64,000 bases of DNA from the human T2T-CHM13v2.0 reference genome, Homo sapiens. The position numbers and the translations under genes are program-made. Positions 12,750 to 24,865 of the stretch are shown in pieces. Position 1 is the first letter of the stretch, and each line of letters starts with the position of its first letter. The notes below the pieces were generated by a model, which worked only from the letters and a program-made list of their open reading frames with translations, searched no databases and was not told the origin of the DNA. The stretch lies in NCBI RefSeq assembly GCF_009914755.1, contig NC_060935.1. One strand, given 5' to 3'.

Positions 12750-12900
12750 GCAGCCTTATAATTTAAAAACAAATTGATATGCTCTAATTGCAAATGTCTG
12801 GATTGTTTGTCTCCGACAGCAATCGTCTGAAAGCAAACAGCTGATTGGTCCAGCTGGGGGAGGTTGTTTCCTGACAAACACGCTCTGCTAATACAAGGAT
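12750..12900. promoter_or_regulatory. Candidate enhancer (E-box/FOX/CCAAT cluster)
   Basis: Repeat-free; CAGCTG at 12838 and 12851, GATTGG between them, TAATTG, TGTTTG; motif evidence only. Confidence 0.3.
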
Positions 12901-13489
12901 GCCTTTGCATCCTAAGTCCTTCCCCATTTTATGGCAGGATGTAAATTCTGCATAGAATGTTTTTGGTTTTTATTTATTTATTTATTTTTTATGATTCCCT
13001 TTCTTGACGCTTGATTTCTGAATTTCATTTCTCCCCAGAGAGGTGCTGGAATCATCCAGCCATCCTCCTTGTCAAAGTTATGGGCAATTTGACCTGCCAT
13101 TTAGCCATTTCCTGGAGCTGGTTGAGTGGTTCTTTGGGCTGTTTCTGCCTTGAAGACAACACACGGTGTGTTATTGCCTATGCAGATGAGGACGGCGCTG
13201 GGACCTCTGGCTTGAGACTTGTTGCCCTTGCAAATGTTAATTCTTCCTCCACAGGACTGCTGAAGGTTTTGCTAAGTCCATAGACCTTACGCCGGGGCAC
13301 GGGCTCTCCCTAAGTGACTGGTTTAGTTTTGAAGAGTGAGGGGTTGAATAGACAAATCAAGGACAGAACAAACCACAAGGAATATCATGTTACAGAGAAA
13401 TTTCCAGAAGCCTGGAAAGGTTACGTGGATCTCTTCCAAGCCATATTGATAGGGAAAAAGTGAGCTGGCCCCATGTGTAGTATGTTCCC

Positions 13490-13615
13490 ACTGCATTCAT
13501 GTCAAACACTTATTGAGAACTTATGGCAAGGTAGGCACTGGAGATGGAGACCCAGCTTTTCTGTGTAGTGGTGCAACAGGCTGTCATATGATCATTTCAA
13601 CACAGTGTTGTCCGT
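13490..13615 (-). mobile_element. L2 3' fragment
   Basis: cattcatgtcaaacacttattgagaactt...taggcactggagat. Confidence 0.5.
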
Positions 13616-13674
13616 GCTCGGACATAGGGAAACCTCAACATTTTGTCGGGAGGTGGAATGGGAGTGGCAGTTTC

Positions 13675-13900
13675 ATCATAGCAGCTGAAGTTTGTTGAAT
13701 TCCTACCATGTGATAGATATTACACTAAATGCATTACCTGATCAGTCACATCTAATGCAACAACTCAGTGTAGCAGTTATTTTTCTTCCCATTTTATAGA
13801 TAACAAAGCTAGAGCTTAGCAAGGCTAAGAAACCAGCCAAGCCACCTAGGTAGTAAGAGGCAGAGCTGGAATTCAATACCAGGTCTATTGACGATGCCGC
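13675..13900 (-). mobile_element. MIR SINE
   Basis: cccattttatagataacaaagctagagcttag...ggcagagctggaattcaataccaggtct. Confidence 0.75.
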
Positions 13901-14916
13901 ATTTCCCACCTCCCTTGCCTGAGAGGGGTTAGAAGAGGCTTCAGGACCCTTAAGCCATATCCTAGTGTTGGCCAGAATGGGGTCTTCTGAGGCATGTCTT
14001 TTCAGGAGGTACATAGGTTAAAACTTGACCTTGGCTCTCAGAGCTGCCATCTTCCTTCCAGCTACTCTTCCAGATGAGATGGGCCAGAAGCCTCAACAGG
14101 AGACTGAAAATTGGTAGCAATTTAATTGAGGAGTTTTGCTGCAATTGGAACCAGCTGGAGAGAAGGAGAAGGGTAAGAGATGGTCTTTGGGCTGAATCTA
14201 AATATAGCATTGCGGAAGTGCTTAATGTTTTTTCTTTTTCCTCATCACTTTGTTGTTGATTTTGAAGGAGTTTGGCTCCTTGGAAGAAATGTTTCTGGCT
14301 GGAGAAATAGAGTTTTTTCTTCAGTTTGCCGCCTGTGTAAATAAGAAGAACATGAAGCACAAATGTTTCACTGGTTCTTATTGATTAAAGTCCTAATACG
14401 TTAAATAGTTTTACAGTTGGCTAACTTAGTCTTCTCACGGCTGCCATGCAGCTAATTGTCTGGAGGCCATGATTGATGTTAAGAAACTTCTGTCTTGGGT
14501 CCTAGCTCCTCATAACTCTTCTGCTTCTTTGTCTCTCTCTCTGTATTGTTACCTTCTTCTAGTTCTCTTTGTAATCTTATCTCCCATCTCTTTCTCTTCA
14601 TCTATGTCTCTCCTTTTTTTTAAAAAAAATAATTTCCTTGAGTCTTTCCATCTTGCTGTTTTTTACTTGGGATACTGCAATAAATAGAGCAGACACAGAC
14701 CCTGTGCTCAAGGAATTTATAATTTGGTGAACTCTCTCAGGTCTTTCTATATTGTTCAGTCTCTTGTCAGTGGCTGGGTGCAGCTGGTGACTGTCAGGCC
14801 TGCCTTTGTCGCTGTCACCCCATACATTTGAAAAGGAAAGGGAGCAGTGCATTTTATGACTGAAGCCCTCGGGGACACATGTCCCACTTAGCTGTTTGTG
14901 AATCTTGGTTATTACC

Positions 14917-15100
14917 TCGAGCTTCTCAACTTGAGGTCTGTGCATGAGCTCTAAGGAGATGAGGGAGCCTCTGAAACAGGAAGCAAATTTCTGAATAAGT
15001 GTGTCGTTGTGCATTTTTGGCGGGGAGGAAGTTGCAAGGTTTCATGGTATTCTCAATATTGACTGTGTGAGTCGAATAATATCAAGAACAACTACTCTGC
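14917..15100. mobile_element. hAT-Charlie-type MITE, family uncertain
   Basis: Ends gcttctcaac ... aagaacaact resemble Charlie TIRs; internal gtgcatttttggcggggagg...tttcatggtattctcaa. Confidence 0.45.
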
Positions 15101-15414
15101 TAGTGAGGCACTAGTCATTTAAAATGGGTCAGAATTCAGCTTTGGATATGTGTTCTAAGTGGTTCTCTCTCTCATTCAGGAGCCTTCTTTATCTTTACAT
15201 GGTGTCAGTGAAGAAAGAAACCAGTAGCCACATTTGACCTTTAAATCTGTCTTAAACAAATAATTTTATTTGCATTTGGGTCTTATTCAGGGGTTAATTC
15301 CCAAGTATAATACTGAATTATTGGACTTTATAATGTACTTGAAGTAATAGAATATTTCCATTCTAGGGGAAGGATGGTTACTGTTATTTTATTCTTTGTT
15401 ATGTCCTAAAATTG

Positions 15415-15550
15415 CAGAGGTGTAACAGAACTAAAAGATCATGTAGTTCACCCCACAACCCCAACTCCTGTTGCCTCATCCAGAATCTTCTCTATGACAT
15501 TCCCATCAAGTGACCATGTAGCCACTTCCAGGAAAAGAGAATGCCCTGCC
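15415..15550 (-). mobile_element. L3/CR1 LINE 3' fragment
   Basis: aagatcatgtagttcacccc...gaatcttctctatgacattcccatcaagtg. Confidence 0.4.
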
Positions 15551-15960
15551 TATTCATTCATTTGTTCATTCAACTGTATCCTCTCAAGTGCCATGGACTC
15601 TGGTGAGTTTTAGGAATTTGATGGTGAACAAGACAAATGAATGATGCTTTTCTCCTCAGGGAGCTTCTAGCCCAGCAATCTATAAAGACAGACATTGAAC
15701 AAGTATGAAGAGTGTTAGGTTAGGGAGAACTCTGAGGTTAGTGAAGACTACTGTGGCTTGGGTGGTAGTGGTCATGGAAAAGTTCCTAGAGGATGTAACT
15801 TCCAAGCTGAGCGGAAGGAGGAGTGGGAACCAGCAAGATAAAGGAAGATTTGGTGGCAGGAGGGTTGCATGTAGAGGAAATGGCACATTGAAGGATCCAA
15901 GCATGAAAAAGAAAGAGTGAGGCTTAGTGGAGAAAGTGAGAGAAGATTAGCATGACCGGA
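15550..15960 (-). mobile_element. L2 3' fragment
   Basis: attcattcatttgttcattcaac...atggtgaacaagaca...ctcagggagcttcta...ttcctagaggatgtaac. Confidence 0.7.
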
Positions 15961-15973
15961 AGAGGAAAAAATA

Positions 15974-16560
15974 TGAGACAGGAATAATACAGGGTTGTCA
16001 CAGGAGATTAGAAAATTCTAAGCAGTAGTTTTACATGACTAGCAAAAGGAAATCTGAAATAGCTGCAGAAGCTATGGGCTGATAAAGTCCTGAAAAGTCA
16101 AGGTGTGGACAAAGCTGGCTAAGATCTACTGGACCCAACATGACACTGTGTTTGATGTAGGTTTCACCTAGGACTTCATTATTAATGTATGCTCATTAAC
16201 ATACTAAATCACACACCTGCCAGTGTCATGGCAGTTTTGAGACCACCCATATTTAGTGTAAAAATGGATGGCACCACAGTTCTAAGAAATCTCCACTTTT
16301 TCCAGGAATTTTCATAATATTCCACCCCATGGTTAAGAAAACCCCATAAAGATAGAAACTCCAAACCCTTACGTGTGAGTCTCTTGAGTATACCTGCACT
16401 CCCTTTTCTTGAGTGTGTACTTTTCCCTTTGCAATAAATCTCCATACTTTCACTATTTTCTTACTGGTCCTTAAATTCATTCTTGTGATGGTGTCAAGAG
16501 CCTGGACACTGGCTGGGGTCAAGGTCCCACCAGCATTTAGGGACCAGTTTGCCAGTATCA
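15974..16560 (+). mobile_element. ERV1 solo LTR, MER41/MER66 group
   Basis: TG...CA termini, flanks AATA/AATG (4-bp TSD, one mismatch), AATAAA at 16433-16438, start tgagacaggaataatacaggg. Confidence 0.8.
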
Positions 16561-16949
16561 AATGGAACGGTGGCTACTATGGCAGCCCACTTCAATTTTG
16601 ATAGCTTTGAGCCAGAAATTTCTCCCTGACATGTCTTCCTTTTCCCTCCATCTATAGCCTTTAACTTTCCCACCTATAGTCTATACTCTCAGGCAGACAA
16701 AATCTTAATGGGATTTATTGAAACATGCACACACACTAGCCATGAGATTCTTCTTCCATTTCCTTATATTTGGGCAACACTTTTAGACAAGAAACAAACA
16801 AGATTTGGTAGGTTCTTGTTGTGGGTCCTCTGTATCCTTGACATGCCCACTACATGTTCCCAACCTTGTCTACTCAACGAACTTTTGATCATCTTTTCGG
16901 TCCCAGCTCAAGGGTTTTATAAGTATGGTTTCACTTGTTTACCCTCAAC

Positions 16950-17097
16950 CCCCATCAGACTGTGTACTCCAGAAGGGCAGAGACTATGACTCATTCTCTC
17001 GTAGTAGGGAGTGTGGGGGTGTGGGGCTACTGCAGAACTTAGTACACAGCAGGTGCTCAATCAGTGCTTTGTGGTTGACAAATGAATAGATGAATGG
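16950..17097 (+). mobile_element. L2 3' terminus
   Basis: agactgtgtactccagaagggcagagac...acacagcaggtgctcaatc...aatgaatagatgaatg. Confidence 0.7.
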
Positions 17098-17597
17098 CTT
17101 AGATGCTAATCAGTAAGGAATCAGTGAGGAATCTTATAAACAAATCTCGGGACAAAGTAGAGAGAGACAAACAGGAAAGCTGGAAGAGCTACAGCAGGAA
17201 CTGTCAGTGTTGTGCCAGGAAATTGAGGTTCCTTCTAATGCCACAGATTTCATGGATGTTGTGATTACTTTCTTTGGTATATATTTCTTTCTTCCAAATT
17301 ACGGTAGTTCCCCTGGTTACACAATACTTGACTTACACAAATTAAATAACATAAAAACATTTGCATAAGAACCGTAATTTAAAAAAAGAACCATAATTTT
17401 AAAGGTCTACAAAGTCTGCATTACCAACTAACAAAGCAGTCGAATGTGATGCTGAATACTGCAAGACAGAATGCAAGACTGGCAATAACTAACCTGAAGA
17501 GAAGGCCTTTTCTCTCCATTCTGTGTTTCTGTTATTTTGACTTCTCATTGCTCTGGTGTATGTTGTCTTACTTTTATTTGATATGATATAATATTAT

Positions 17598-18812
17598 TGT
17601 GGAAATAGCCTCCAAGAAAACACAACGACCCCTGACTCCTGATACTCATGGTCTTGTGTAATGCCCTCTCTTTGAGTGAGGACTGGATTTTGTGTCTCAT
17701 GACTAGCCAATAGAATATGGGAAAAGTGATGGCATAGCAATTATGAAGTGAAGTTATAAATAAAGACCCAAGGTTCAATTTTGGGTCTCCCTCTTTCACT
17801 CTCTCATTCACTTGCTCTGAGAGATGTCAACTGCCATGTTGTGAGTTGCTCTATGGAGAAGTCCGCATGGCAGGGAATCAAAGGATGCCAGCAACTAGCA
17901 GCAAGTAAAAAACTAAGGCCTTTAATCCAACAGCCCATGAAATCTAAATTCTGCCTACAATTATGTGAGAGAGCTTAGAAATAGATTCTCCCCTAGTCAA
18001 GCTTTCAGTTGACACCATAGCCCCAGCTGGCCCCTTGACTGCAGCCTTGTGAGAGATCTTGAAGCTGAGGCACCTAACTAAGCCACATCTGGATTCTGGG
18101 CCCATATGAATAGTGAAACAATAAGTGTTTAATGTTTTAAGTTGCTAGGTTTGGGATACTTTTAAAATACAGCAATAGATACCAAATATAGGTTTTGGTA
18201 CCATCAGTGGAGTGATGCTATTAAAAAAATACCAAAAAGTGTGAAGTGGCTTTCTGACTGACCAGTAAATGAAGGCTGGGAAGACTTTTTGATGTATATA
18301 TTAGAGGAAACCTAAGTTAAGCTGAACAGACTGTTACATTATTATTGTTTGCAGTAATGTGGAAAGTAGGAAATGTACCCAATCACCCATTTGGGTGATT
18401 TAGCTTAGGAGATTTCCAAGCAAAGCATTGAAGGTGCTGTCTGATTTCTTCTTGCTGCTTGGGGTAAAATGCAAGAGGACAGAGATAAATTGAAGAAAGT
18501 ACTGATAAACAGCAGCCAGGAATTGATGAATTTGAAAATTCCCAGTCTGGCTAGATGGCAAACACTGCTGTATTTCAGAAATGCCTTCTCAGCAAAGATA
18601 AAATCCAGGGCATTTCCAAGATCTTCCCCCAGTTGGGCCTTCAGATAAGACTGCAGCCCCAGCTGACATCTTGTTGCAGCCTTCAGAGAAACCTTTAGGT
18701 GGAAGCATGAAGCTAAGTCCTGTCCAGATTCCCAACCCAGAGACTATGAGACAATATTTAAGTTACTTAGTTTGGAAGTAATTTTTAGTGCAACAATAAA
18801 TAATGAATTATA
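17598..18812 (+). mobile_element. MLT1 (E/F group) MaLR: 5' LTR (~17598-18190), internal fragment (~18191-18620), partial 3' LTR (~18620-18812)
   Basis: LTR end cagcaatagataccaaatata followed by int start ggttttggtacc; LTR 3' third (cagccccagctg...gcagcctt...) recurs at ~18650. Confidence 0.8.
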
Positions 18813-18989
18813 TTGTAGTAATTATTATTTACGCAGCAAGAAGAATGTCCACCTTCCATTATGGCAAAGTAAAACAGACAGTCTCTGTATCAAGAATATA
18901 AGGCAGTTGAAGATGGTATAACTATACTGAAATAGGGAGATTGGGTAAAAGTTAATACACTGAATATTGTACCTCTAAGATTTTTTTCT

Positions 18990-20870
18990 GAGAAACTTGA
19001 CCAATTCAAGGGAAAGATCTAAGGAAACTAATATCAGGGGTTCCTTAAGGATAGGATACCCAGATCTACTGTTTATCTATTGTAAAGACCAAGGTTGACA
19101 GGCCCCAGCCATCAACACGGAGCTTCCAATCCATGCTTTAGCATGCCACTTTTAAATATGAATAGATGCCCAAATATTTGAGGAAAGCACATAAAATGGA
19201 AGACATAAACCAAGACAAATAAAGTCATTGTGGGAGAAGTGAAAACAGTATAAGAAGAAAACTTCAAAGAAATCTATCGAAATGCCCAGAGACATAAGAG
19301 AAGATAGGGCAGCCCCAAACCAGAATAGTCTGCTATGAAGAAGGAATACATAAGGATGACAAACATCTCTTGGAAATTTAATATTTGGTAGCAAAAACAA
19401 AATGCTCAATAATAGGGTCCAAAGGCTGTATGATCAATTATGACAGGGTTTTTTTTTGTTTGTTTGTTTTTGTTTTTTTATAGTGGTATTTCCAGCACCT
19501 TGAACATTGCCTGGTACATAGTAGGTACTCAAAAACTTGTTAAATAAATGAATTAGAGAATGATAATAAAGTTGGGCAAATCTCTGAAGTAGAGAAGAAG
19601 ATAGAGAAAATAGGAAATGAGGAAATTAAACAGAAAATGGAAAATAGGAAAGAAAAATGGCAAAGCAAAAGGTCTCCAGGAAACCCAACATCCAAATAAT
19701 TGGAGCTCCAGAAGGAAGGAATAGATAATCAGATGGGAAAAAATAATCAGTAAAAACTTCTCAAAATGAATGACATGAATTTTTAGAATCAGCACAGTAG
19801 AGGAAAAGAAAGCTACACCAAGGCACATCATGGCAAAATTTCAGGACATAAGGGACAGCCATGCTGGAAGCTAAAGACAATGGAACAATGCTTTCTAAAT
19901 CTGAGGGGAAAATAATTTCCAACCAGGAATTCTATACCCAAACAATCAATTAATGTGAAGGTAGGATAAAGACACTTTAAGGCATTCAAGTCCTGAAAAA
20001 ATTTGTTTCCTGTGCATACCTTTTCCAATGAAGCTACAAAAGAGTGCAATGTACCAAGACGACAAAATAAACCGAGAAAAAGAAAGACATGAGATCCAAA
20101 AAATGGGCTCCAACACAAGACAGAGGTGGGAGAAACACCCAGCATGTTGGTGAAAAGAGGTCCCCAAATGGCAGCTGTGCAGCAGACCTGGAGAGCAACC
20201 AGTCCGGATTGGAGCAGGCCAGAGGCTTCAGAGAGATTTCTTCAAGAACATGAAATTGAATAGAACGCTTAATGTGTTTGAATGCATTGAGAGGAGATTT
20301 ACACAACTAGGGAAGTGTTGGAAGTAAATTAATGAAAATTACATAGAAAACCTACAAGACCATTATTAAGTACAGGAGAAACAAAATGTTGTGCAGGCAT
20401 GAAAAACTAATCATGGTGTACAAGTGACTAGGCTGTGATGAATATTTATATGATAACAGTAAGGTAGAAACTAAATATTGACTTAGCCAAATTTACTGTC
20501 TGGCTCTTTGAGGAGAATGGGGTCAGAGAGATGGGAAAGTGTGCATTTATGCAGTGGGACCAGGAAGGGGAAGAAGAGGAGTTAAATCTTCCTCTTCCAG
20601 GTGAGTCAACAGAGTTTAAATATTTTTTTCTTTTAGTAGCAATACAAGCATGTTATTTAGAAACATAGAAGTAAATTCAAAAGAAAATCAGTTTAGTAAT
20701 TTGAATATAGTTACCTCTAGGGAGTGGGAAATGGAATGGAGACTGTGGTAGTGGTAGTGGGGCATGTTGTTTTTAAATAATAAGCCTTATATAACTATTT
20801 ACTTTATGTGCATGTAAATCTTTGATTAAAAAAGGCAAACTGAATTAATAAAAAATTTAAAAAAGAAGAA
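18990..20870 (+). mobile_element. HAL1 (Half-L1) element, degenerate
   Basis: cagctgtgcagcagacctggagagcaaccagtccggattggagcagg and 3' end gttacctctagggagtggg...taagccttat...atgtgcatgta; ORF1-like A-rich remnant upstream. Confidence 0.65.
19425..19553 (+). mobile_element. L2 3' terminus nested in HAL1, with a (TTTG)n tract
   Basis: ccagcaccttgaacattgcctggtacatagtaggtactcaaaaacttgttaaataaatgaat. Confidence 0.65.
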
Positions 20871-21269
20871 AAGTAAACCAGGTGGTACCAAAAGAACAGG
20901 ACCAATTTAGAAAAAACAGAACACTGATTTAGAATAAGAAAATGAAAATACTAAAAAGCTTTGAAGGTAACCAACAGCCTGCCTTTCATTCCACATGAAA
21001 TAGATTTTTACTGCCTGAACTGAGAAAAATTATTTTGGATGATAGTGGGTTTACAAAAGAGCTTATGAAAGTAAAATGCCTGTCATGTTAAAGAAGCAGC
21101 ATTTTTGACTTAGGCAAAATATGGACAATCCTTTAGAATAAAAGACAGTGTAGGTCGAGAAGTGTCTATCTCTTGGCAGAATGCTTTTAAGGAGGACTTT
21201 AAACTTCCTTTGCAAGGAAACAACCCTTCAAAATGACCATTCTCATGACTTGAAACCAATTTAAGATGT

Positions 21270-21492
21270 TTATTTATTAAGCATCTAATGTATGCCAAGC
21301 CCTTGCTAACAGCATTAACATAGACCATGTTATGTATTTTCACATCAACTTTGAGAGAAGGATATCACATCCTTAATATATATAGATGGAGAATTTGAGG
21401 CTCAGATAGTTTAACTCACTTGTACTACTTCACTTGATGAGTAGGTGGTACTGATTGGGTTTAAGCCTGGGTCTATCTGAGTTCAATGCCAG
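21270..21492 (-). mobile_element. MIR SINE
   Basis: atttattaagcatct...tagatggagaatttgaggctcagatagtttaactcacttg. Confidence 0.7.
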
Positions 21493-21654
21493 GGCTGGGG
21501 AAAAGAGGCAGAAATCCCTTCCTGTGATGTCTGGGTGTACACACCTGGTCCAAGTCATGGGGATTTAATGAACTCCAGGGTAATGACCTCCTGCCTCCAA
21601 CATCATGAGAGGCCATGAGTACAGAAAAAGAAGCAATGAAGCAAGAGGTAGGGT

Positions 21655-21805
21655 TTTAGGGTCTGGACTCGACTCTGCCCCTAAGTTACTGGGTGACCTG
21701 GGACAAGTTACTTCATTTCTCTGTGCCTCTAGTTCTTCATCTTCAAAATGAGGAGGTAGAACCAAGTGATCTCTTAGTTTCCTCCCGTTCTGAACATTAG
21801 GTGTT
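21655..21805 (+). mobile_element. MIR/MIR3 SINE
   Basis: gtgacctgggacaagttacttcatttctctgtgcctctagttcttcatcttcaaaatgagg. Confidence 0.75.
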
Positions 21806-22109
21806 TCTAGAATTCATCTCTGATGCACAAAAAATATGATAGTGACATAAAGATCAAGGGTAGTGGGCACTGGTGTCAGCCCCTTCTTCAAAGTTGCTTG
21901 GGGCTTGAAGCTCTTGGCGGTACTCGCAGAGGTAGGTGAGAATTAGGGGCAGAACGGCAGTGACTTTCTGCTTTGTTTCTTTCTTCTCAGTCTCCTCCAG
22001 CTTCCTGTTTGCTGGTTTGACTGTTGTCATTGTGTGTGCTTGATTGTAGTGTGAAAAGACCATGGGTTTTACATCAGAAGACCTGGTTTAGAGTACTGGC
22101 TTTGCCAGT

Positions 22110-22520
22110 TTATTTATTCATTCTTGCTTTTATTTATTCTATAAATATTGATAAGGCATTTACTATGTGTTGGGCACTGCCAGGGAACACAGAGATGAAT
22201 TAGATGTAATCCTTGCCCTCTGGAAACTCTTAGTATAGTAGGAAGAGAGATACATAAACAAATGACTGTAATGAAATATTTAGTGTGTCTATGAAAGAAA
22301 TCTGTATAGGGCATAGTTATGACAGAAGGAGGTGGTCAGAAAAGGCCATCCAGAGAAGAGTCATGAATTACTCTTGGCAGATGAGTTAGCACTTCAGGAA
22401 GATAGGGTTTGGGGATGAGGATGGAATAGGTGGCAGGAAAGCATTGCAGGTAGAGAGAACAGCATGAGCAAAGGCAAGGGAGTATGAAACAATGGGTCAT
22501 GTTCAGAAAACTGTGCAGAG
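22110..22520 (-). mobile_element. L2 3' fragment
   Basis: ttattcattc...ttactatgtgttgggcactgccagggaacacagagatgaat...gaacagcatgagcaaaggc. Confidence 0.75.
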
Positions 22521-23029
22521 AGTGAAAAAAGTGGGCATCTGCTTTTTAGCTCTGGAGGGTGGGGTGGGCATCATTCTGAGAGAGAGAGACATTAAGGCTC
22601 AGAGATAGAGGGAAGGTTTTAAGAAAGGGTGGAGAATGTAGTTGCAGATATTTTCACAGTGGAATAAAGGCTCACAGTACTGGATTTGCAAGAAGGCCAC
22701 AGTGGCAGGATGACAAGGAGAAGCACAGAGCTACGTGGGAATCAGGATGGATGAGCAGGGGCTGCATTTTGGTCAGACCTGAAGACGGTAGGGATAGAGG
22801 TTGGTAGATGACACTCAGTGGTGCTGGCTTTCCAGGCAGGCAGAAGCTGTCACCTAGGGTGGAGTTAAAGGCTACTGGAGCTGCCAATTTGTGGCCCTAT
22901 TGCTAGGGCACCTTTCACTTAGGGTCCTAGCTAGCAAAGGTGAGAAATACTTCTGAGAAGTACCCTGCCCACATGACTTAGAGGGCTCTGGCTGGCACAA
23001 GGGATGTCCTCCTCTAGTGGAAATTCTTT

Positions 23030-23170
23030 TGATCTCTCTGAATCTGTTTCTTCCACTATAAAGCAGAGATGACAGTAATAACAGTATCTAGTTCTTGGGG
23101 TTGTATCAAGGAGGACTGAAATGAGCTGGTGTGAGTGAGACAGTTGTGTGAGCTGTAAAGAATGGTGCAG
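23030..23170 (+). mobile_element. MIR 3' fragment
   Basis: ctctctgaatctgtttcttccactataaa...gacagtaataacagtatct. Confidence 0.5.
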
Positions 23171-24079
23171 ACTGGAGTTATCTTAAACTTTCATAAACTC
23201 TAGTCCTCTGCTCCTTGCCCCCATCACCTCTTTGAAGAAGACGGTGTATTTGGCCTCACTTTGGAATTAAATTTGAGTTAACCTTGCACCTTCCAATTGC
23301 CAAATCTACTTTCAGGGATCTGTAATCTTTGTGTTGAGTTGCTCAGCAGTACTGAGATGGATGAAACATATTTATTCTCTTGAACACTTTAAATTTAGGT
23401 GCTTTATATTTAGCAGGACATTGCTTAGAATGATTGAAACATTTGATATTTGATAATTCAGCTTTTTGAACTCATATATGTTCAAAATAATTTGTGCCAT
23501 ATGTGTGCATGTGTGTGTGTGCACACTTTATGCAGGTATTGACCCTTTCTTCTTTAGGAGGTTGAAAGAACAAAAAGTAGGATCCTAGGCTATTATTTGG
23601 GGCTAGACTTGATTACAATAACTTCACCTTCCTCCATTCTGTATCACTCCTCCCCTCCAATATGTATTAATAGATTTCTGCCCTCAAAAGCAGTATGGCT
23701 ACAGCCTCCTGAGGGTGGTATTTTAATGTCAGAGGAGAGGTGATGTGCTTAGTGCCTTCAAAGCCTGGACCCCACTGCTGGACCCTGGTTTTGCTGCAAC
23801 AAATATCTACTCCAGTTACAATGATTAGCTCCTAGTGGAGATGTCTGAGAACGAATGTTTTGGGGTTTAGCCCTTTCTTCCAATGCCAAGTTAATTTGCG
23901 AAGCCTAGCATTGTTGTGGGGCTCCCATGAACTGGAACCAGTTAACATATGTTCAAGGATGCTATGCAGGAAATATGGCCTTGTATGGCACACAGGTGAT
24001 ATTCATTGTGATGAAGAGTTTGAATATCACTCACTGTCCTTTGGATCCCCTTTTCACTCCTTCCCTTCTCTATTGCCAG

Positions 24080-24865
24080 GTCAGTTTCCCCTGCACCTGG
24101 TAAGAGTATTTGCTAGAAAGAAACCCACTCCAGTTTTCTCAAGGAAAGAGGGGGCTGGTGCTGGAGGCTCATGCCTGAAATCCCAGCAACTGGGGAGGCC
24201 AGGGATGGAGGATCACTTGAGGCCAGGAGTTTGAGATCAGTCTGCGTAATATAGTGAGACCCTGTTTCTAAAAAAAATAAAAATAAACTAGCTGGGCTTG
24301 GTGGCAAAAGCCCACCCTAGCTACTCAAGAGGCTGAGGCAGAAGGGTTGCTTGAGCCAGGAGACGGAGGCTATAATGAGCTATGATCACGCCATTGCACT
24401 CCAGCCTGGGTGACAGAGAGAGACCCTGCTTAAAAAAAAATAAAGAGGATTTTATTCTAAGTATACAAATTGGAATTGAACCTGGAGATTTTTCTGGAAT
24501 GAAGGCTGCTCAAGTGATTGATGCCAATTCCCAGCTCTATCACAGGTTTCTGTCTCTTTCTCTTCTTGCTACCCACTGACTTCTTTCTTTCTCACTCCAT
24601 CTTTTCTCTATCTTAAAGCTTTTGCTTACTTATAACTTTGATTTGCCAAGACCCTTAATGGCTCTGTATTACCTTATGGTGCTCAATCACCTTCAGCTCC
24701 CACAGCTAACTGGCCTGTTCTATCAATATTTTCTAGTTAAATCTTGAAAGATGGAATGTCATCAGCTCAGCTCATCATTTTATACCAGGAAAATTGGTCA
24801 TGTCCATCTCTGGTCCAATAATCTCTGGTCATGAGGAGATGGGGCTCTGTATAACCAAACATCAC
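24080..24865 (-). mobile_element. Old MLT1 (K/L/M-like) LTR, very degenerate, interrupted by AluJ
   Basis: agaaagaaacccactccag...aaagagg|attttatt and ttggtcatgtccatctctggtccaat. Confidence 0.4.
24153..24441 (+). mobile_element. AluJ SINE
   Basis: Dimeric Alu with J diagnostics (ggaggatcacttgaggccaggagttt, atagtgagaccc, gagctatgatc); AAAGAGG on both flanks (24145, 24442). Confidence 0.95.

Noticed and set aside
17300-17590. Possible Tigger-like fragment
   Set aside because: Only a short TIR-like resemblance; insufficient support
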